From: an uncultured Haloferula sp.
Lineage (GTDB): Bacteria; Verrucomicrobiota; Verrucomicrobiia; Verrucomicrobiales; Akkermansiaceae
NCBI GenBank assembly: GCA_965652295.1
Contig: CBFGTS010000001.1
Location: forward strand, 192,001 to 256,000
Length of the DNA: 64,000 nucleotides
Reading direction: 5' to 3'
The position numbers and the translations under genes are program-made. Below are positions 38,323 through 49,393 of this stretch, one piece after another; within the stretch, counting starts at the first letter, position 1, and the number at the start of each line of letters is the position of its first letter. Under the pieces are notes generated by a model. The model was not told the DNA's origin. It worked only from the letters and a program-made list of their open reading frames with translations, and did no database searches.

Positions 38323-39213
38323 CTACGAGAGTAGGAGCAGACCTCCGACGATGCCCGCGACGCAGAGCGACTTGGCGACGAGGTGCCTTTCGCCGAACAC
38401 GAAGATGCCCAGCAGGAAGGATACGATCACCGAGCTGCGACGGACTGGAGAAATCAGCGAAATCATGGTGTCGATCTGGCTGATGGCCACGAAGTAGAGC
38501 AGGTCGGCCGCCAGCAGCGTGACGCCGATGACGGGGATCGCCCAGTGCCAGCGGAAGGGCTTCCGGTTGCGGCGACGGTGCCAGAAGAAGAGCCCGGGCA
38601 CTAGTAGGAGTGAGAGATCGATCGTGAACCAGGCTTGGACCGCGGTCGCCGGGATGGCGGCACTTTGCAGCAGGAATTTGTCGTAGAGCGCGGAAAGGGC
38701 ACCGAGCACGGTGGCGACGATCATGAACCCGACGCCCTTGTCCCGGTGGAAATGGATGCCCTCTTTCCGTCCGACGAAGGTGAAGGCGAAAAACGAAACC
38801 AGGATGGCCGAGAGGCCGAACCATTGGCGGGCCGAAGGGGCTTCGCTGTAGAGCAGGACGGCGAGACCGATGGTCCACAGGGGGCCGGTGGCCCGGATGG
38901 GGGTGGCGATCGAGAGCGGGAGCGACTTCAGGCCGTGGTAGCCGCAGACCCACGAACAGCCGACGAGCAGGGCTTTGAAAAAAAGCAGGACGTGCTCGCG
39001 CGGTTCGAGATGGACGACGTCCAATGCAGGATGGGGCAGGCTGCCGGGGGAAACCGCGGCCCACACCATGAAGGGCAGCCAGAGGAGCGAGGAGGCGGCG
39101 ACGCTGCCGAAAAGCACCGGCGTCACGTCGTTGTCCCGCAAGGCCGTTTTCTTGAAGTAGTCGTAGAACCCCAGGAAGACGGCGGAAACAACGGTGAGGA
39201 CGAGCCAGGACAC
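38323..39213 (-). CDS. DMT/EamA family transporter
   Basis: About 10 TM segments, two EamA-like halves. Confidence 0.85.
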   Translation of the reverse strand: MSWLVLTVVSAVFLGFYDYFKKTALRDNDVTPVLFGSVAASSLLWLPFMVWAAVSPGSLPHPALDVVHLEPREHVLLFFKALLVGCSWVCGYHGLKSLPLSIATPIRATGPLWTIGLAVLLYSEAPSARQWFGLSAILVSFFAFTFVGRKEGIHFHRDKGVGFMIVATVLGALSALYDKFLLQSAAIPATAVQAWFTIDLSLLLVPGLFFWHRRRNRKPFRWHWAIPVIGVTLLAADLLYFVAISQIDTMISLISPVRRSSVIVSFLLGIFVFGERHLVAKSLCVAGIVGGLLLLS

Positions 39214-39252
39214 CCGCCGGAGTTAGCGCGGACAGGACTGATGGAAAGGCAT

Positions 39253-42200
39253 TTATCGGATTCCTCCCGTGCGGAATGTGCGGATGTCGAAGGCACGCCA
39301 CGTGGAAGCGGCGGGCACGGCTTCCCGTTCCATCAGATCGGTCTCCACCCAGGGAAGCCCGAGCGCATCGGGTGCCCCGGCGGCCACCGCGCGTCCGGCG
39401 GACTCGACCCAGCGCATGACGAGCCCGCGGCCGTCCTCGGCACGTTTGAGCGCCTCGAGGGTGAGGCCGGGCGACACGGGAGAAACCCATGTTGCCTCGG
39501 CCGACCCGCGGACACGGCCGGGACGGATGAGCAGCGGGGTGTTGAGCGAGAGAGCTTCTTCGATGACGCCGCCGCTGAGGTGGTTTCCCGGATGAGGGAA
39601 AAGACTGAAGGTCCTGCGGTGAATGCCGAGATCCGCGACGGGGTCGGGCGCGCTGGCTGATTTCAAAAGGGTGAGCCGCACCCGGCCGTCCAGCACGTCG
39701 CAGCCGAAGATGCCGTTGTTGAGCACCGCAACGCCGCGGTCGGACTCGGTGAGGTCGAGCCAGCGGTGGACCGGCATCTCGAACTTCGCGGCGTCCCAGG
39801 AGGTGTTGCGATGGGTGGGGCGCCGGACGTGGCCGAACTGGATTTCACAGGTGGCGTGATCGGTCCGGACGGCGAACGGAAAAGCGACCTTCAGCACACG
39901 GTCCCGCTCGCGCCAGTCGACCTCCGTTTCAAAATCAAGCCGGGCGCTGCCCGCGCGCAGCGTGATGGATTGGGTGACGACCGAGGTGCCGAAGGTCCGG
40001 CGGATGCGGAAGATCGCCCGGAGCGGGCCGGACTCGACCTGTTGGCCGTGGCCACCGTCGCCGACGATTTCGAAATCGTCCATGGCGGAAGCTTCGATGT
40101 CCCACGCGCTCCAGCGGTTCGGGTAGTCGCGCAGCAAATGGAGCTCGTTGGCCGGACCGGCGAGGGTTTCGAGGCCACTGCGGAGGTCGCGCAGCGAGTT
40201 CACGACGCCGTTCCGTCCGAGCGAAACGGAGATGAGTCCGTTGGCGATCTGCCAGCCCTCCAAGGTTTCCTCCACGGTGACGGGCGCGACTCCGTCCGGG
40301 AGTCCTGCGGATGGCGGGGAACTACGGTACCCACAGGACTTCACCGAGATCCAGAACGGAAGGCCGTCGTTCTCAACCACCTCCGACCGGTCGTGGGCGA
40401 GGGTGTTGAAAACGGTGATGTCCTCCGATGGTTCCAGTAGTTTGGTCATGCCGGCCTCGCGGATCGCGTGGGCGATCGTGTGGATGACCTCATAATCGCG
40501 GCGGCTCTCTTCGTAAACGCGGTGGATCGAAGAGCCCGGGAGGATGTCGTGGAATTGATTGAGGAGCAGAAGTTTCCACGCCCGATCGAGGGCCTCGGAA
40601 GTGGCGGAACCCTGCTTTTCCGTCGAGTGCCCGGGGACGTCCCACGGTGTGCGCTCCGGATACGGGTCGGCCTCGATCAGCTCGCCGGGCACGAGCACCG
40701 AGCAGACCGCGTCGAAGAACTCGGCCTCGCGCAGCAGCAGCTCGCAACGGCGGTTCATGAGCTTGTTGTGCGCCTGACTGGTGTAGGTGCCGCGGTGGAG
40801 TTCGAGGTAGAGTTCACCGCGCCAGACGGGAGGTTCGTCGATTTCGGATTCGGCCGCGTCGAAAAAACCTGCGACGGTTCCAAACTCCACCTTGGGAAGG
40901 CCCTCGAAATCGGAGTAGCGGCGGATGCGTTCGATCATTTCGATCGTCGGGCCGCCGCCGCCATCGCCGTAGCCGTAGGGCAGGAGCGAGCGTGACGCGC
41001 GGTCTTTCTGGGCGAACTGGCGCTCGGCCTTGGCCAGCTCGCGGGCTTCGACCCGGGCGTTGTAGGTATCGACGGGCGGGAAATGGCTGAACACCCGGGT
41101 GCCGTCGATTCCCTCCCAGAGGAAGGTGTGGTGGGGAAAACGGTTGGTGTCGTTCCAGGAGATCTTCTGCGTGAGAAATCGCCCGACCCCCGCCTTCTGC
41201 AGAATCTGTGGCAACGCGGCGGAGTATCCGAACACGTCGGGCAGCCACAGTTCGCGGCTTTCGATCCCGAACTCATCTTCGAAGAATTTCTTCCCATGGA
41301 CGAGCTGGCGGACGAGCGACTCACCGGAAGGGACGTTGCAATCCGGCTCGACCCACATCGCTCCCATCGGCTCCCATTGGCCGCGTTCCACCGCGGTACG
41401 GATCCCCTCGTAGATCGTCGGATAGTGGTGCTTCATCCACAGGTAATGCACCGGCTGGGAGGCGCTGAAGCGGTAGTCGGGATGGTCCTTCATGTAGGCC
41501 AACGCGGTGGAAAAGGTGCGGGCACACTTGCGGATCGTTTCGCGCAGCGGCCAGCACCAGGCGGTGTCGATGTGGGCGTGGCCGATGGCGGTGAGGGTGT
41601 GGCAGGTGCTGCCATTGGTGGCGGCGAGGAGCGGGGCGAGCTTGGCGCGGGCGGCGGGGAGCCAATCGCGTTGGCCGCGTTCCATCAGCTGGCAGGTTTC
41701 ATCGAGGACCCGCAGGAGTCGGGCGCGGCGGGTGCCGGATTCCGGCAGCTCGAACATCGCCTCCCGGCAAACGCGGAAATCGATGAGAAAGGCGAAAACC
41801 TCGTCATCGTAGACGGCCAGCCTGGCTTCGCGGATCTGGAAGAGCCGCTCCCCGGAGTCGCGTTCGCGGCCGTCGTGCCAGTGCCATTCTTCCTTGGGAT
41901 TGGCCGATGCCTCGACGTGGAAATCGACGGTCTCGCCGCCCGCTGCGTGCGGAAAAAGGGGGGCCGCGGTCCGGCGGCGGCTCAGCGCGATGACCGGCCT
42001 GCCGTCCTGCCACACCTGGCCTTCCCGGCCGAAGCCCTCCTCGTCCTCGAAGCTGAGGTCGATGAGTGCGACAACGTTTTTTCCCTGCCACTCGGCGGGC
42101 ACGGTGCCGGTGAAATGGAACCAGGCGGTGCCCCACTCACGGCCCCAGCGGGTGCCTTCGGCGACTTCCGTGAAGGGTGAGGCGAGGGCCTCCTGATGGG

Positions 42201-42327
42201 AAACCGGCTCGCTGGGTGCTTCCCACAGGGCGATGTGCAGCGGCGCGGTGGCCGGGTAGAGGAGCGGGAGAATGAAGCGATTTTCGGCGAGCTGGATGCG
42301 GGTCTCGATCTTCTGCTGGGTTTCCAT
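39253..42327 (-). CDS. GH38 alpha-mannosidase
   Basis: HAHIDTAWCWP, WLPDVFGY, ELYLELHRG, NQFHDILPGS. Confidence 0.93.
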   Translation of the reverse strand: METQQKIETRIQLAENRFILPLLYPATAPLHIALWEAPSEPVSHQEALASPFTEVAEGTRWGREWGTAWFHFTGTVPAEWQGKNVVALIDLSFEDEEGFGREGQVWQDGRPVIALSRRRTAAPLFPHAAGGETVDFHVEASANPKEEWHWHDGRERDSGERLFQIREARLAVYDDEVFAFLIDFRVCREAMFELPESGTRRARLLRVLDETCQLMERGQRDWLPAARAKLAPLLAATNGSTCHTLTAIGHAHIDTAWCWPLRETIRKCARTFSTALAYMKDHPDYRFSASQPVHYLWMKHHYPTIYEGIRTAVERGQWEPMGAMWVEPDCNVPSGESLVRQLVHGKKFFEDEFGIESRELWLPDVFGYSAALPQILQKAGVGRFLTQKISWNDTNRFPHHTFLWEGIDGTRVFSHFPPVDTYNARVEARELAKAERQFAQKDRASRSLLPYGYGDGGGGPTIEMIERIRRYSDFEGLPKVEFGTVAGFFDAAESEIDEPPVWRGELYLELHRGTYTSQAHNKLMNRRCELLLREAEFFDAVCSVLVPGELIEADPYPERTPWDVPGHSTEKQGSATSEALDRAWKLLLLNQFHDILPGSSIHRVYEESRRDYEVIHTIAHAIREAGMTKLLEPSEDITVFNTLAHDRSEVVENDGLPFWISVKSCGYRSSPPSAGLPDGVAPVTVEETLEGWQIANGLISVSLGRNGVVNSLRDLRSGLETLAGPANELHLLRDYPNRWSAWDIEASAMDDFEIVGDGGHGQQVESGPLRAIFRIRRTFGTSVVTQSITLRAGSARLDFETEVDWRERDRVLKVAFPFAVRTDHATCEIQFGHVRRPTHRNTSWDAAKFEMPVHRWLDLTESDRGVAVLNNGIFGCDVLDGRVRLTLLKSASAPDPVADLGIHRRTFSLFPHPGNHLSGGVIEEALSLNTPLLIRPGRVRGSAEATWVSPVSPGLTLEALKRAEDGRGLVMRWVESAGRAVAAGAPDALGLPWVETDLMEREAVPAASTWRAFDIRTFRTGGIR

Positions 42328-42441
42328 GGGTTGATGGGCGGATACGACGGAGAGGATGCCGGCTTGGCAAAAATGCAGAAGCAATCGTTTTGCGGAGTCG
42401 CAGAGCCGACCTATCGGTTAGCGAACCTGAATCCCAAACTG

Positions 42442-42618
42442 ATGAAACTGATGAAACCCGTCCTCCTGGTGGCCACCGGCCTGTTCGCGCTCGGCGCTGT
42501 GGCGTGCGATCGCAAGGAAACCGTGCTGGATGTCGATACCCCGGGTGGCGAGCTGAAGGTGGAGAAAGACAAGGATACCGGTGCCGTGAACGTCGAGATC
42601 GACGGTGACGGCGAGTGA
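42442..42618 (+). CDS. Small lipoprotein
   Basis: Lipobox AVAC followed by an acidic 35-aa tail; start at 42442 or 42451. Confidence 0.7.
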   Translation: MKLMKPVLLVATGLFALGAVACDRKETVLDVDTPGGELKVEKDKDTGAVNVEIDGDGE

Positions 42619-42640
42619 TCCTTCATGGTTCTCCTGTTTC

Positions 42641-42680
42641 CCCGGACAATCGACCCATGCCGGTTGTCCGGGTTTCTTAT
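42641..42680 (+). terminator. Probable intrinsic terminator
   Basis: CCCGGACAATCG-8nt-CGGTTGTCCGGG then TTTCTTAT. Confidence 0.6.
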
Positions 42681-42728
42681 TATAAACAAGCAAGCGGCGG
42701 AGGGCGGAGAAATGCTTAGCTTGGTGGG

Positions 42729-43130
42729 ATGAAGACCCCCCGGCTTCTCTCCTCCGTGGCCCTCGGGGCCGTCCTCACCGCCATTTCCTCCGCCCAACAG
42801 GCGGGGTGGGTGAGCCTGGCGTCGATCGATGACGAACTGAAGCTCGGCAAGGGCGAAACGGCGTTCGTGGTGAGCGTTTCACAGCCGATCTATCTATCGA
42901 TCGAGCCGAAGGATCAGGCCGGCCGGGGCATCCGTTTGCGACCGCATATGCCGGCAAGCCTGATCGAGCGTCCCGGCCGGAGCTACTATGAACGCAGTGA
43001 AATCACGGCGGTGGGGTGGCATCAGCCCTTTCCGATCGCGGGACCGTGCACGATCCGGTTGGGCACGGCGGCGCTGGTGACGATGCAGGTGGTTTCCCCG
43101 CAGCCGGTGCCGCAGGTCAGCCGACGGTGA
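42729..43130 (+). CDS. Hypothetical secreted protein
   Basis: Signal peptide, GC-rich third codon positions, TAGCTT box 6 nt before ATG. Confidence 0.65.
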   Translation: MKTPRLLSSVALGAVLTAISSAQQAGWVSLASIDDELKLGKGETAFVVSVSQPIYLSIEPKDQAGRGIRLRPHMPASLIERPGRSYYERSEITAVGWHQPFPIAGPCTIRLGTAALVTMQVVSPQPVPQVSRR

Positions 43131-44241
43131 AGGGCGTGGCTTCGATGCCGTGGGCCTCGCCGACGGCGGGACAGGTGAGCCGGCCTTGCCAGGTGTTGAC
43201 GCCGCCGCCGAGGGCGGGGGTACGGAGGACGGCTTGCTCGAGTCCGTGTTCGGCGAGTTCGAGGACGTACTTGAAGGTGATGTTGGTGAGCGCCTGAGTC
43301 GCGGTGCGGGCGTAGGCGGCGGGCATGTTGGCGACGCAGTAGTGGAGCACGTCCTCCTCGAGGTAGGTCGGGTTTTCGTGAGTGGTCGGCCGGGTGGTTT
43401 CGCAGCAGCCTCCTTGATCGACAGCAATGTCCACGACCACCGTGCCGGGCTGCATTTCGCGGAGCATCGAGCGGGTGATGAGCTTCGGAGCCCGCGCTCC
43501 CGGAACGAGGACCGCTCCGATGAGCAGATCGACGCGTGGCAGCATCTCCATCAGGTTGGCTTCGTTCGAATAGAGCGTGTTGGCGGCCCCCATGGTGACG
43601 TCGAGAAAACGCATGCGTTCGAGATCCACTTCGAGGATGGTGACATCGGCCCCCATGCCCATGGCGACGCGGGCGGCATTGACGCCGGCCGACCCGCCGC
43701 CGATGACGCAGACGCGGCCGGGGAGGACGCCGGGGACGCCGCCGAGTAGGGTGCCGCGGCCACCGTTCTGGGTGCCGAGGTGAAAGGCACCGACGATGGC
43801 GGACATGCGACCGGCGATCTCGCTCATCGGTTCGAGCAGCGGCAAACGGTGATTCACCTCGATGGTTTCGTAGGCGATGCAGGTCGCGCCGGAGGCCATC
43901 AGCCCGCGGGTGAGTTCGGCATCGGCGGCGAGGTGGAGGTAGGTGAAAAGCGTGTGCTGCGGGCCGAGAAGCGGGATTTCCGATGCCTGCGGCTCCTTGA
44001 CTTTGACGATGAGGTCGGCGCTTTCGAACACCGCCTCGGCGGCATCCACCAGTGTGGCTCCGGCACGCTCGTAAGCCTGGTCCGGGTAGCCCGCGCCGGC
44101 ACCGGCCCCTTTTTGGACGACGACCTTGTGGCCGTGGCGGACGAGTTCGGCGGCGGTGGAAGGAATGAGGGCGACGCGTTTTTCCTGCGGTTTGATTTCG
44201 CGCGGAACGCCGATGGTCGAAGGCTGGGACGGTGGGTTCAT
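43117..44241 (-). CDS. ald: Alanine dehydrogenase
   Basis: [42 protein letters not shown]. Confidence 0.96.
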   Translation of the reverse strand: MNPPSQPSTIGVPREIKPQEKRVALIPSTAAELVRHGHKVVVQKGAGAGAGYPDQAYERAGATLVDAAEAVFESADLIVKVKEPQASEIPLLGPQHTLFTYLHLAADAELTRGLMASGATCIAYETIEVNHRLPLLEPMSEIAGRMSAIVGAFHLGTQNGGRGTLLGGVPGVLPGRVCVIGGGSAGVNAARVAMGMGADVTILEVDLERMRFLDVTMGAANTLYSNEANLMEMLPRVDLLIGAVLVPGARAPKLITRSMLREMQPGTVVVDIAVDQGGCCETTRPTTHENPTYLEEDVLHYCVANMPAAYARTATQALTNITFKYVLELAEHGLEQAVLRTPALGGGVNTWQGRLTCPAVGEAHGIEATPFTVG

Positions 44242-44300
44242 GAAAGGACGCCTCCCTCAGCAGCCGGGCTGCCAAGGGAGGTGGAAATCTCAAGTCGGGA

Positions 44301-46619
44301 TCACTCCATTTGGACGGCGAGTTGGTCGCCGACGTAGATGCGGTATTTGTGAATGTCGCCGGGGTTGTCTCCGGCGCGGGGGACGAGACGGAAGCCGCCG
44401 ATGGTTTCCTCCTTGCCGAGGTCGATGACGAGGCGGTGGGGGTAGCCGGGCTGGGCGTTCTTCCATTCGGTGTGCCAGAAGTCGGAAGTCTGGCCGTTGA
44501 TGGCGTTACTGGCCGATCCGTCCTCGCCGACCATTTCCTGGCTGCTGGCGTAGGCGATGGTCCAGGTGGCGTGGGAAATCGAGTTCCCTTGGCGGTCGAG
44601 CAGATCGAGCTCGGCAATGGCCGCGTGGGGTTTGTCGTCGTGGGAGCTGAGCGCCTCAAGGCAGAACTGGGTGCCCTTTACCGGGATTTTGAAATCGACG
44701 ACCTTGTCCTTCTTGTCGCGGTCGAAACTGCCTTCAAGCACCGGCTTCACGCCATCGAGTTTGAGATTGGCCTTGCTGGCCGCGCCGCGGGCGAAGTCGA
44801 GTTCGGGCCGGAGTTCGTTGAGGATGGGGGTTTCGAGTCCTGAGGATACCGGCTTTTCCGGGCCGACGAGATCGAGGATGACGATCTCGTTTTCGCCCTC
44901 CTTCAGCCACGGGCCGGGAATGTAGGCGGTCTGGGTGGGGCCGATGTTCCAGTAGCGGGCGAGGCATTGACCATTGACCCAGATCACCCCTTTGCCCCAG
45001 CTGCGGAGGTCGAGGAAGGTGTCGGCCGCTTTCTCCAGGGAAACGGTGGCACGCCAGAATTTCGGGCCGTCGCCAGCCGCGGCGGCGGGTTGCCATTTCA
45101 AGGAGGCGAGCTGGGCGTCATCGAGCGGCAGGCGGTAGACGCCCCATGGTCCGGCGACTTCCTTGCCGTCGAGTTTCACGGCACCCTGGATGCCCTTCCG
45201 GTCGTGGATTTCCTTGCCGAAATTCACGTGGCCCATGGTGTGGACGAGGATGTCGAGGATGGCTTCCTTTTCACGGGCGGGGAGGACGACCTTGAAGCGA
45301 CGCGAGCGGCGGTCCATGACGCCGACCTCCTTGCCGTCGACGCGGATCCAGGCGAAGTCGTGGACTTGAGCGATCTCCAGTGGTGAGGCTGGGCCGGCGG
45401 GGATTTTCGTGCGGTAGAGCATCGTGCCGTGGCCCTGGTCGTATTTTTCCATGACCTGCGGGGCGTCGGTCATGGCGGGTTTCGGCAGGTTGTCGTAAAC
45501 GGCGGCGGCCTGGGTGAATTCGAACTCGGGAACGGTGATGACGGGCATCGGCGCGGGAGGATCCGGCAGGGTTTCCCCGGGCAGCAGGTAGCGCTTCATC
45601 AGGGCGCGGGTCTTGTCGAACTTCTCGCCGATCCAGCCGGCCTCGCTGATCGGGGCGTCGTAATCGTAGCTGGAGGTATCCGGCTTGAAGGGGCGGTCGG
45701 CACCTGCCCACATCCCGAAGGAGGTGCCGCCATGCGCCATGTAGATGCTGAAGGAGGCTCCTTCCTTGAGCATGTATTCGAGGTCGGCGAGGTTCTGATC
45801 GAGGTTGCCGAAATGGTGCGGAGCGCCCCAGGTATCGAACCAACCGGGGTAGAACTCGCCGCAGACGAGCGGACCGTCCTTCTGGATCTCGCGCAGCGAG
45901 GCGAAGGCCCCGGCGGGGTCGCTGCCGAAATTGACGACGGAAAAGAGGTCGTCGAGGTAGCCGTTGCGGAGGTTGCCCCGTGGGTTGCAGGCGAAGAGCG
46001 GGATGTCGAAGCCGGCGTCGAGCATCACCTGGCGCAGCTCGTCCATGTATTTGGCGTCCTTGCCATAGAAACCGTATTCGTTTTCCACCTGGGCCATCAG
46101 GATCGGGCCGCCGTGGGTCACCTGCTGCGGACCAAGCACGCGGCCGACTTCCGTGAGCCAGCGTTTGGAGGCTTCGATGAACTTCGGGTCGCGGGAGCGG
46201 AGGGCGATGTCGTCGTTTTTCAGCAGCCACCACGGCAGGCCGCCGCCGTCCCACTCGGCACAAGCGTAGGGGCCGGGGCGCAGGACCACCCACAGGCCTT
46301 CCTCCTGAGCGAGCTTGCAGAACTCGACCGCATCGCGACGGCCACTCCAGTCGAACTTCCCTTCTTCAAATTCGTGGAAATTCCAGAACAGGTAGGCGCA
46401 GACGGTGTTGAGCCCCATCGCCTTGCAGAGCTGGAGGCGGTGACGCCAGTATTCGCGCGGCACGCGGGCGAAGTGGATTTCGCCACAACGCATCTGGAAG
46501 CGTTCGCCATCGAGCAGGAACTCCTTTTCGCCGATCTCGAAGGTGGTGTCGGCGGCGGTGGCGGGCGCGGCGGACAGCAGGGCCGCGGCGAGGGCGAGGG
46601 TCTTGAGAGTGCGGATCAT
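44301..46619 (-). CDS. GH35 beta-galactosidase with C-terminal F5/8 (CBM32-like) domain
   Basis: GEIHFAR, LRPGPYACAEW, QVENEYG, SYDYDAP; AINGQTSDFWHTEW. Confidence 0.93.
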   Translation of the reverse strand: MIRTLKTLALAAALLSAAPATAADTTFEIGEKEFLLDGERFQMRCGEIHFARVPREYWRHRLQLCKAMGLNTVCAYLFWNFHEFEEGKFDWSGRRDAVEFCKLAQEEGLWVVLRPGPYACAEWDGGGLPWWLLKNDDIALRSRDPKFIEASKRWLTEVGRVLGPQQVTHGGPILMAQVENEYGFYGKDAKYMDELRQVMLDAGFDIPLFACNPRGNLRNGYLDDLFSVVNFGSDPAGAFASLREIQKDGPLVCGEFYPGWFDTWGAPHHFGNLDQNLADLEYMLKEGASFSIYMAHGGTSFGMWAGADRPFKPDTSSYDYDAPISEAGWIGEKFDKTRALMKRYLLPGETLPDPPAPMPVITVPEFEFTQAAAVYDNLPKPAMTDAPQVMEKYDQGHGTMLYRTKIPAGPASPLEIAQVHDFAWIRVDGKEVGVMDRRSRRFKVVLPAREKEAILDILVHTMGHVNFGKEIHDRKGIQGAVKLDGKEVAGPWGVYRLPLDDAQLASLKWQPAAAAGDGPKFWRATVSLEKAADTFLDLRSWGKGVIWVNGQCLARYWNIGPTQTAYIPGPWLKEGENEIVILDLVGPEKPVSSGLETPILNELRPELDFARGAASKANLKLDGVKPVLEGSFDRDKKDKVVDFKIPVKGTQFCLEALSSHDDKPHAAIAELDLLDRQGNSISHATWTIAYASSQEMVGEDGSASNAINGQTSDFWHTEWKNAQPGYPHRLVIDLGKEETIGGFRLVPRAGDNPGDIHKYRIYVGDQLAVQME

Positions 46620-46689
46620 GGAACGTTTCCTGTATGAAGCGGCCCGGATACTGGCGATCGTTCCGGGTCCTTGCAAGCCGGCCGGGAAA

Positions 46690-47616
46690 TCAGGGCAGGA
46701 TCCCCTTCGCTTCCGCATAATCCCGGGGAACCACCAGTTTCACGCCGCCGGGGATGACGTGGGCCTCGAAAGGCGTCGTGCCGATCGGCTCGCCGTCGAT
46801 TTCAAGGTTGAGCGGTGGGTCGGCCTCGACCCGGATCCTTTCGGCGGAAAAATAGCGTAGTTCGGGGGTGCCTCCGTAGCGGCGGGTGAGCAGACGGAAG
46901 ACGACCTTGAGAATGCCGGCGATGCTGCGCGGCGAAACCACGGCGAGATCGAGTTTGCCGTCGTGCGGGCTGAGGTTCGAACCGAGCGCGATGCCGGAGC
47001 CTTGGATTTCGCCCACATTGATGGCGATCACCGTATGCGCGCGGAACCGCAACGTGCGGTCGTCGATGGTCAGGCGGATGCGCGAGCGCTTGAGGGAAAA
47101 CAGGCTCTTCACTCCGGTGATGATGTAGGCGAAGAAGCCGAGGCGGTCTTTCAACTTCCGGTCGGCGGCCTTGATCAGGTCGGCGTCCCAGCCCGAGCCT
47201 GCCATCAGGGCGAAATAGCGGTCATGATCGATGAGGTGGCCGACATCCATCGGCACCGCGACGCCGGTCCGCAGTGCGAGGTCGAGCGCCTTCTGCGGAT
47301 CGGTCGGAATGGAAAGCGCGCGGGCCAGCAGGTTGGCGGTGCCGGTCGGGATTTGGGCGAGCGGGATGCCGGATCCGTTTTCGATGATCCCGGACATGGC
47401 TTCCATCACGGTGCCATCGCCTCCGGCGACCAGCAGCAGGTCGCGGTCGGTCTCCGCCGCCCACTTCCGGGCGTCGCCCTCGCCCTGGGTCTCGCGCATT
47501 TCAAAGTCCAACCCGCTTTCCTCAAGCGCGGTGCGGATCGTTTGCAGGATCTCTTCCGCCTCGTCCTGCCCGGCGGCAGGATTGATGATGGCGAGGACTC
47601 GGCGGGGTTGGCTCAT
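46690..47616 (-). CDS. Diacylglycerol/lipid kinase family protein
   Basis: IINPAAG, GGDGTV, PTGTANLLAR, IDGE. Confidence 0.9.
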   Translation of the reverse strand: MSQPRRVLAIINPAAGQDEAEEILQTIRTALEESGLDFEMRETQGEGDARKWAAETDRDLLLVAGGDGTVMEAMSGIIENGSGIPLAQIPTGTANLLARALSIPTDPQKALDLALRTGVAVPMDVGHLIDHDRYFALMAGSGWDADLIKAADRKLKDRLGFFAYIITGVKSLFSLKRSRIRLTIDDRTLRFRAHTVIAINVGEIQGSGIALGSNLSPHDGKLDLAVVSPRSIAGILKVVFRLLTRRYGGTPELRYFSAERIRVEADPPLNLEIDGEPIGTTPFEAHVIPGGVKLVVPRDYAEAKGILP

Positions 47617-47663
47617 TCGGTATTGGCACGGATAGCCCGGGGGTGCCGGAAGTCCAACCGGCG

Positions 47664-48293
47664 CTAGTCGATGAGACTCTGCTTCACGGCGTAGCGGGTG
47701 AGATCGACGTTGGTGGCGAGTCCGAGCTTGGCGGAGATGCGGGTGCGGTAGGTGGAGATGGTCTTCTCGCTGAGATCGAGCATGGTGGCGATGGCTTTGA
47801 GTGAGTGGCCGGCGGCGACGAGCTTGAGGACCTCCAGTTCGCGGTTCGACAAGGCGTCGTGGGGCGTCGCGACGGTGGTGCCGCTGAGGGAACCGGCGAG
47901 GTCTTCGGCCAGCGCGGGGCTGACGTAGCGCCCGCCGGCGAGGATGCGGTTCACGGCGGTGACGAGCGCGTCGCCCGCGCTTTGTTTCGAGACATATCCG
48001 GCGGCACCCAGCTTCAGCGCGCGGATGCCGTAGTCCCTTTCGGAAAGGGCGCTGACCACCAGCACGGGCAGGCGGGGTTTCGCGGTGCGGATGTCGCGCA
48101 ACAGGTCGAGGCCGCTGCGGCCGGGCATGGTGATGTCGGCGATGACGAGATCGAAGTCGGTTCCGAGGATGACGTTCAACGCTTCCTCCGAGTTGCCGCA
48201 TTCATGGAAATCCAAGCCCATGATTTCCTCCCGCAGCAGAGCGATCATGCCCTTGCGGACGACGGCGTGGTCATCGACGAGAAGAAGTTTCAT
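47664..48293 (-). CDS. NarL/LuxR family response regulator
   Basis: VDDHAVVRKG, DITMP, LSNRELEVL HTH. Confidence 0.93.
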   Translation of the reverse strand: MKLLLVDDHAVVRKGMIALLREEIMGLDFHECGNSEEALNVILGTDFDLVIADITMPGRSGLDLLRDIRTAKPRLPVLVVSALSERDYGIRALKLGAAGYVSKQSAGDALVTAVNRILAGGRYVSPALAEDLAGSLSGTTVATPHDALSNRELEVLKLVAAGHSLKAIATMLDLSEKTISTYRTRISAKLGLATNVDLTRYAVKQSLID

Positions 48294-49306
48294 GCCACCT
48301 GCCGATCGGGAGGGTGGTCATTGAGGGGAAGTATGAGACGCACCGTGGTGCCGCAGCCGGAGTGGGTTTCGAAAGAAAGCTCTCCGCCCGCGTTGCGTGC
48401 CCGCTCCCACATCCCGAGCATGCCGAGCGAGATTGGTTTTTCCGCGAGGCCTGGATCCATGCCGCTGCCGTTGTCCTTCACGGTGAGACGCAGGCGGCCT
48501 TCTCCCACTGCGCAGGCGGCCTCCACCTCGGTGGCTCCGGCATGGCGGGCGACGTTGGTGAGGGATTCCTGGAAGATCCGGAACGCGGCTGTGGCGAGCG
48601 GGCGGGGCAGGGGTCCGTTCATGTCGCCGAGCGAGAGCGAGCATGGGATCTCCGTGTGGTGGGTGAAGTCGCGCGCCTCCTCTTCAAGAGCCGCGGCGAG
48701 GCCGATGTGATCGAGCGTTTGCGGACGCAAGCCGGACGCGACGCGACGGACCGAATCGATCGCCTCGTCCACCAGACCGGATGTTTCCACGATGAGATCG
48801 ACGAGGGGGTTCAGCCCGCGGTCGGCATGACGATCGAGGATTTTCTCCGCCAGACGGAGCTTCAGCTTGATGCCGGTGAGCTGCTGCCCCAGCTCGTCGT
48901 GGATTTCCCGCGCGATCTCGGTTCGCTCGTCTTCCCGCAGAGCCTGGAGCCGTGCGGAGAGCTCCCGGAAGCGTTCGCAGTAAGCGATCAGTTCCTCCGC
49001 GCGAAGCTTCTCCGCCTTGCGCCACCCCCCGAACGACCAGCGCAGGGCGGTAAAGAGCAGGAGGGAGGTGATGAAGATGAAATTCAGGCCCTTGAAGGAA
49101 TGGAGGGACTCCGCCATCGGGTGAAGGTCCGACAGCTGCTCGACCACGGTGTCTGATCCGATGATCCACGCGCAGCCGAGGAAAAGATAGGCGAGCGAGA
49201 TTCGGACCTCAGGCAGCCGCAGGAATGATTTCAGCCCCGAGGGGGTGCCCGGATCCGCTCCCGAGGCATCATGTCGGGATTTGGTGACGTCGGGCCAACG
49301 GTCCAT
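48290..49306 (-). CDS. HisKA_3-type sensor histidine kinase
   Basis: IAREIHDELGQ, QESLTNVARHA, DNGSG, LGMLGMWER; 2 TMs; start approximate. Confidence 0.9.
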   Translation of the reverse strand: MDRWPDVTKSRHDASGADPGTPSGLKSFLRLPEVRISLAYLFLGCAWIIGSDTVVEQLSDLHPMAESLHSFKGLNFIFITSLLLFTALRWSFGGWRKAEKLRAEELIAYCERFRELSARLQALREDERTEIAREIHDELGQQLTGIKLKLRLAEKILDRHADRGLNPLVDLIVETSGLVDEAIDSVRRVASGLRPQTLDHIGLAAALEEEARDFTHHTEIPCSLSLGDMNGPLPRPLATAAFRIFQESLTNVARHAGATEVEAACAVGEGRLRLTVKDNGSGMDPGLAEKPISLGMLGMWERARNAGGELSFETHSGCGTTVRLILPLNDHPPDRQVA

Positions 49307-49393
49307 GCTGATTACATGACTGAACCCGCTACGGTTTTGAAGCAAGATCGGAAAGGGTAATGCATGGTCGAAGCGTGTCACCGTGATGAAAAA

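Noticed and set aside
47617..48201. Apparent N-terminal extension of the lipid kinase
   Set aside because: Overlaps the response regulator in another frame; homology starts at MSQPRR
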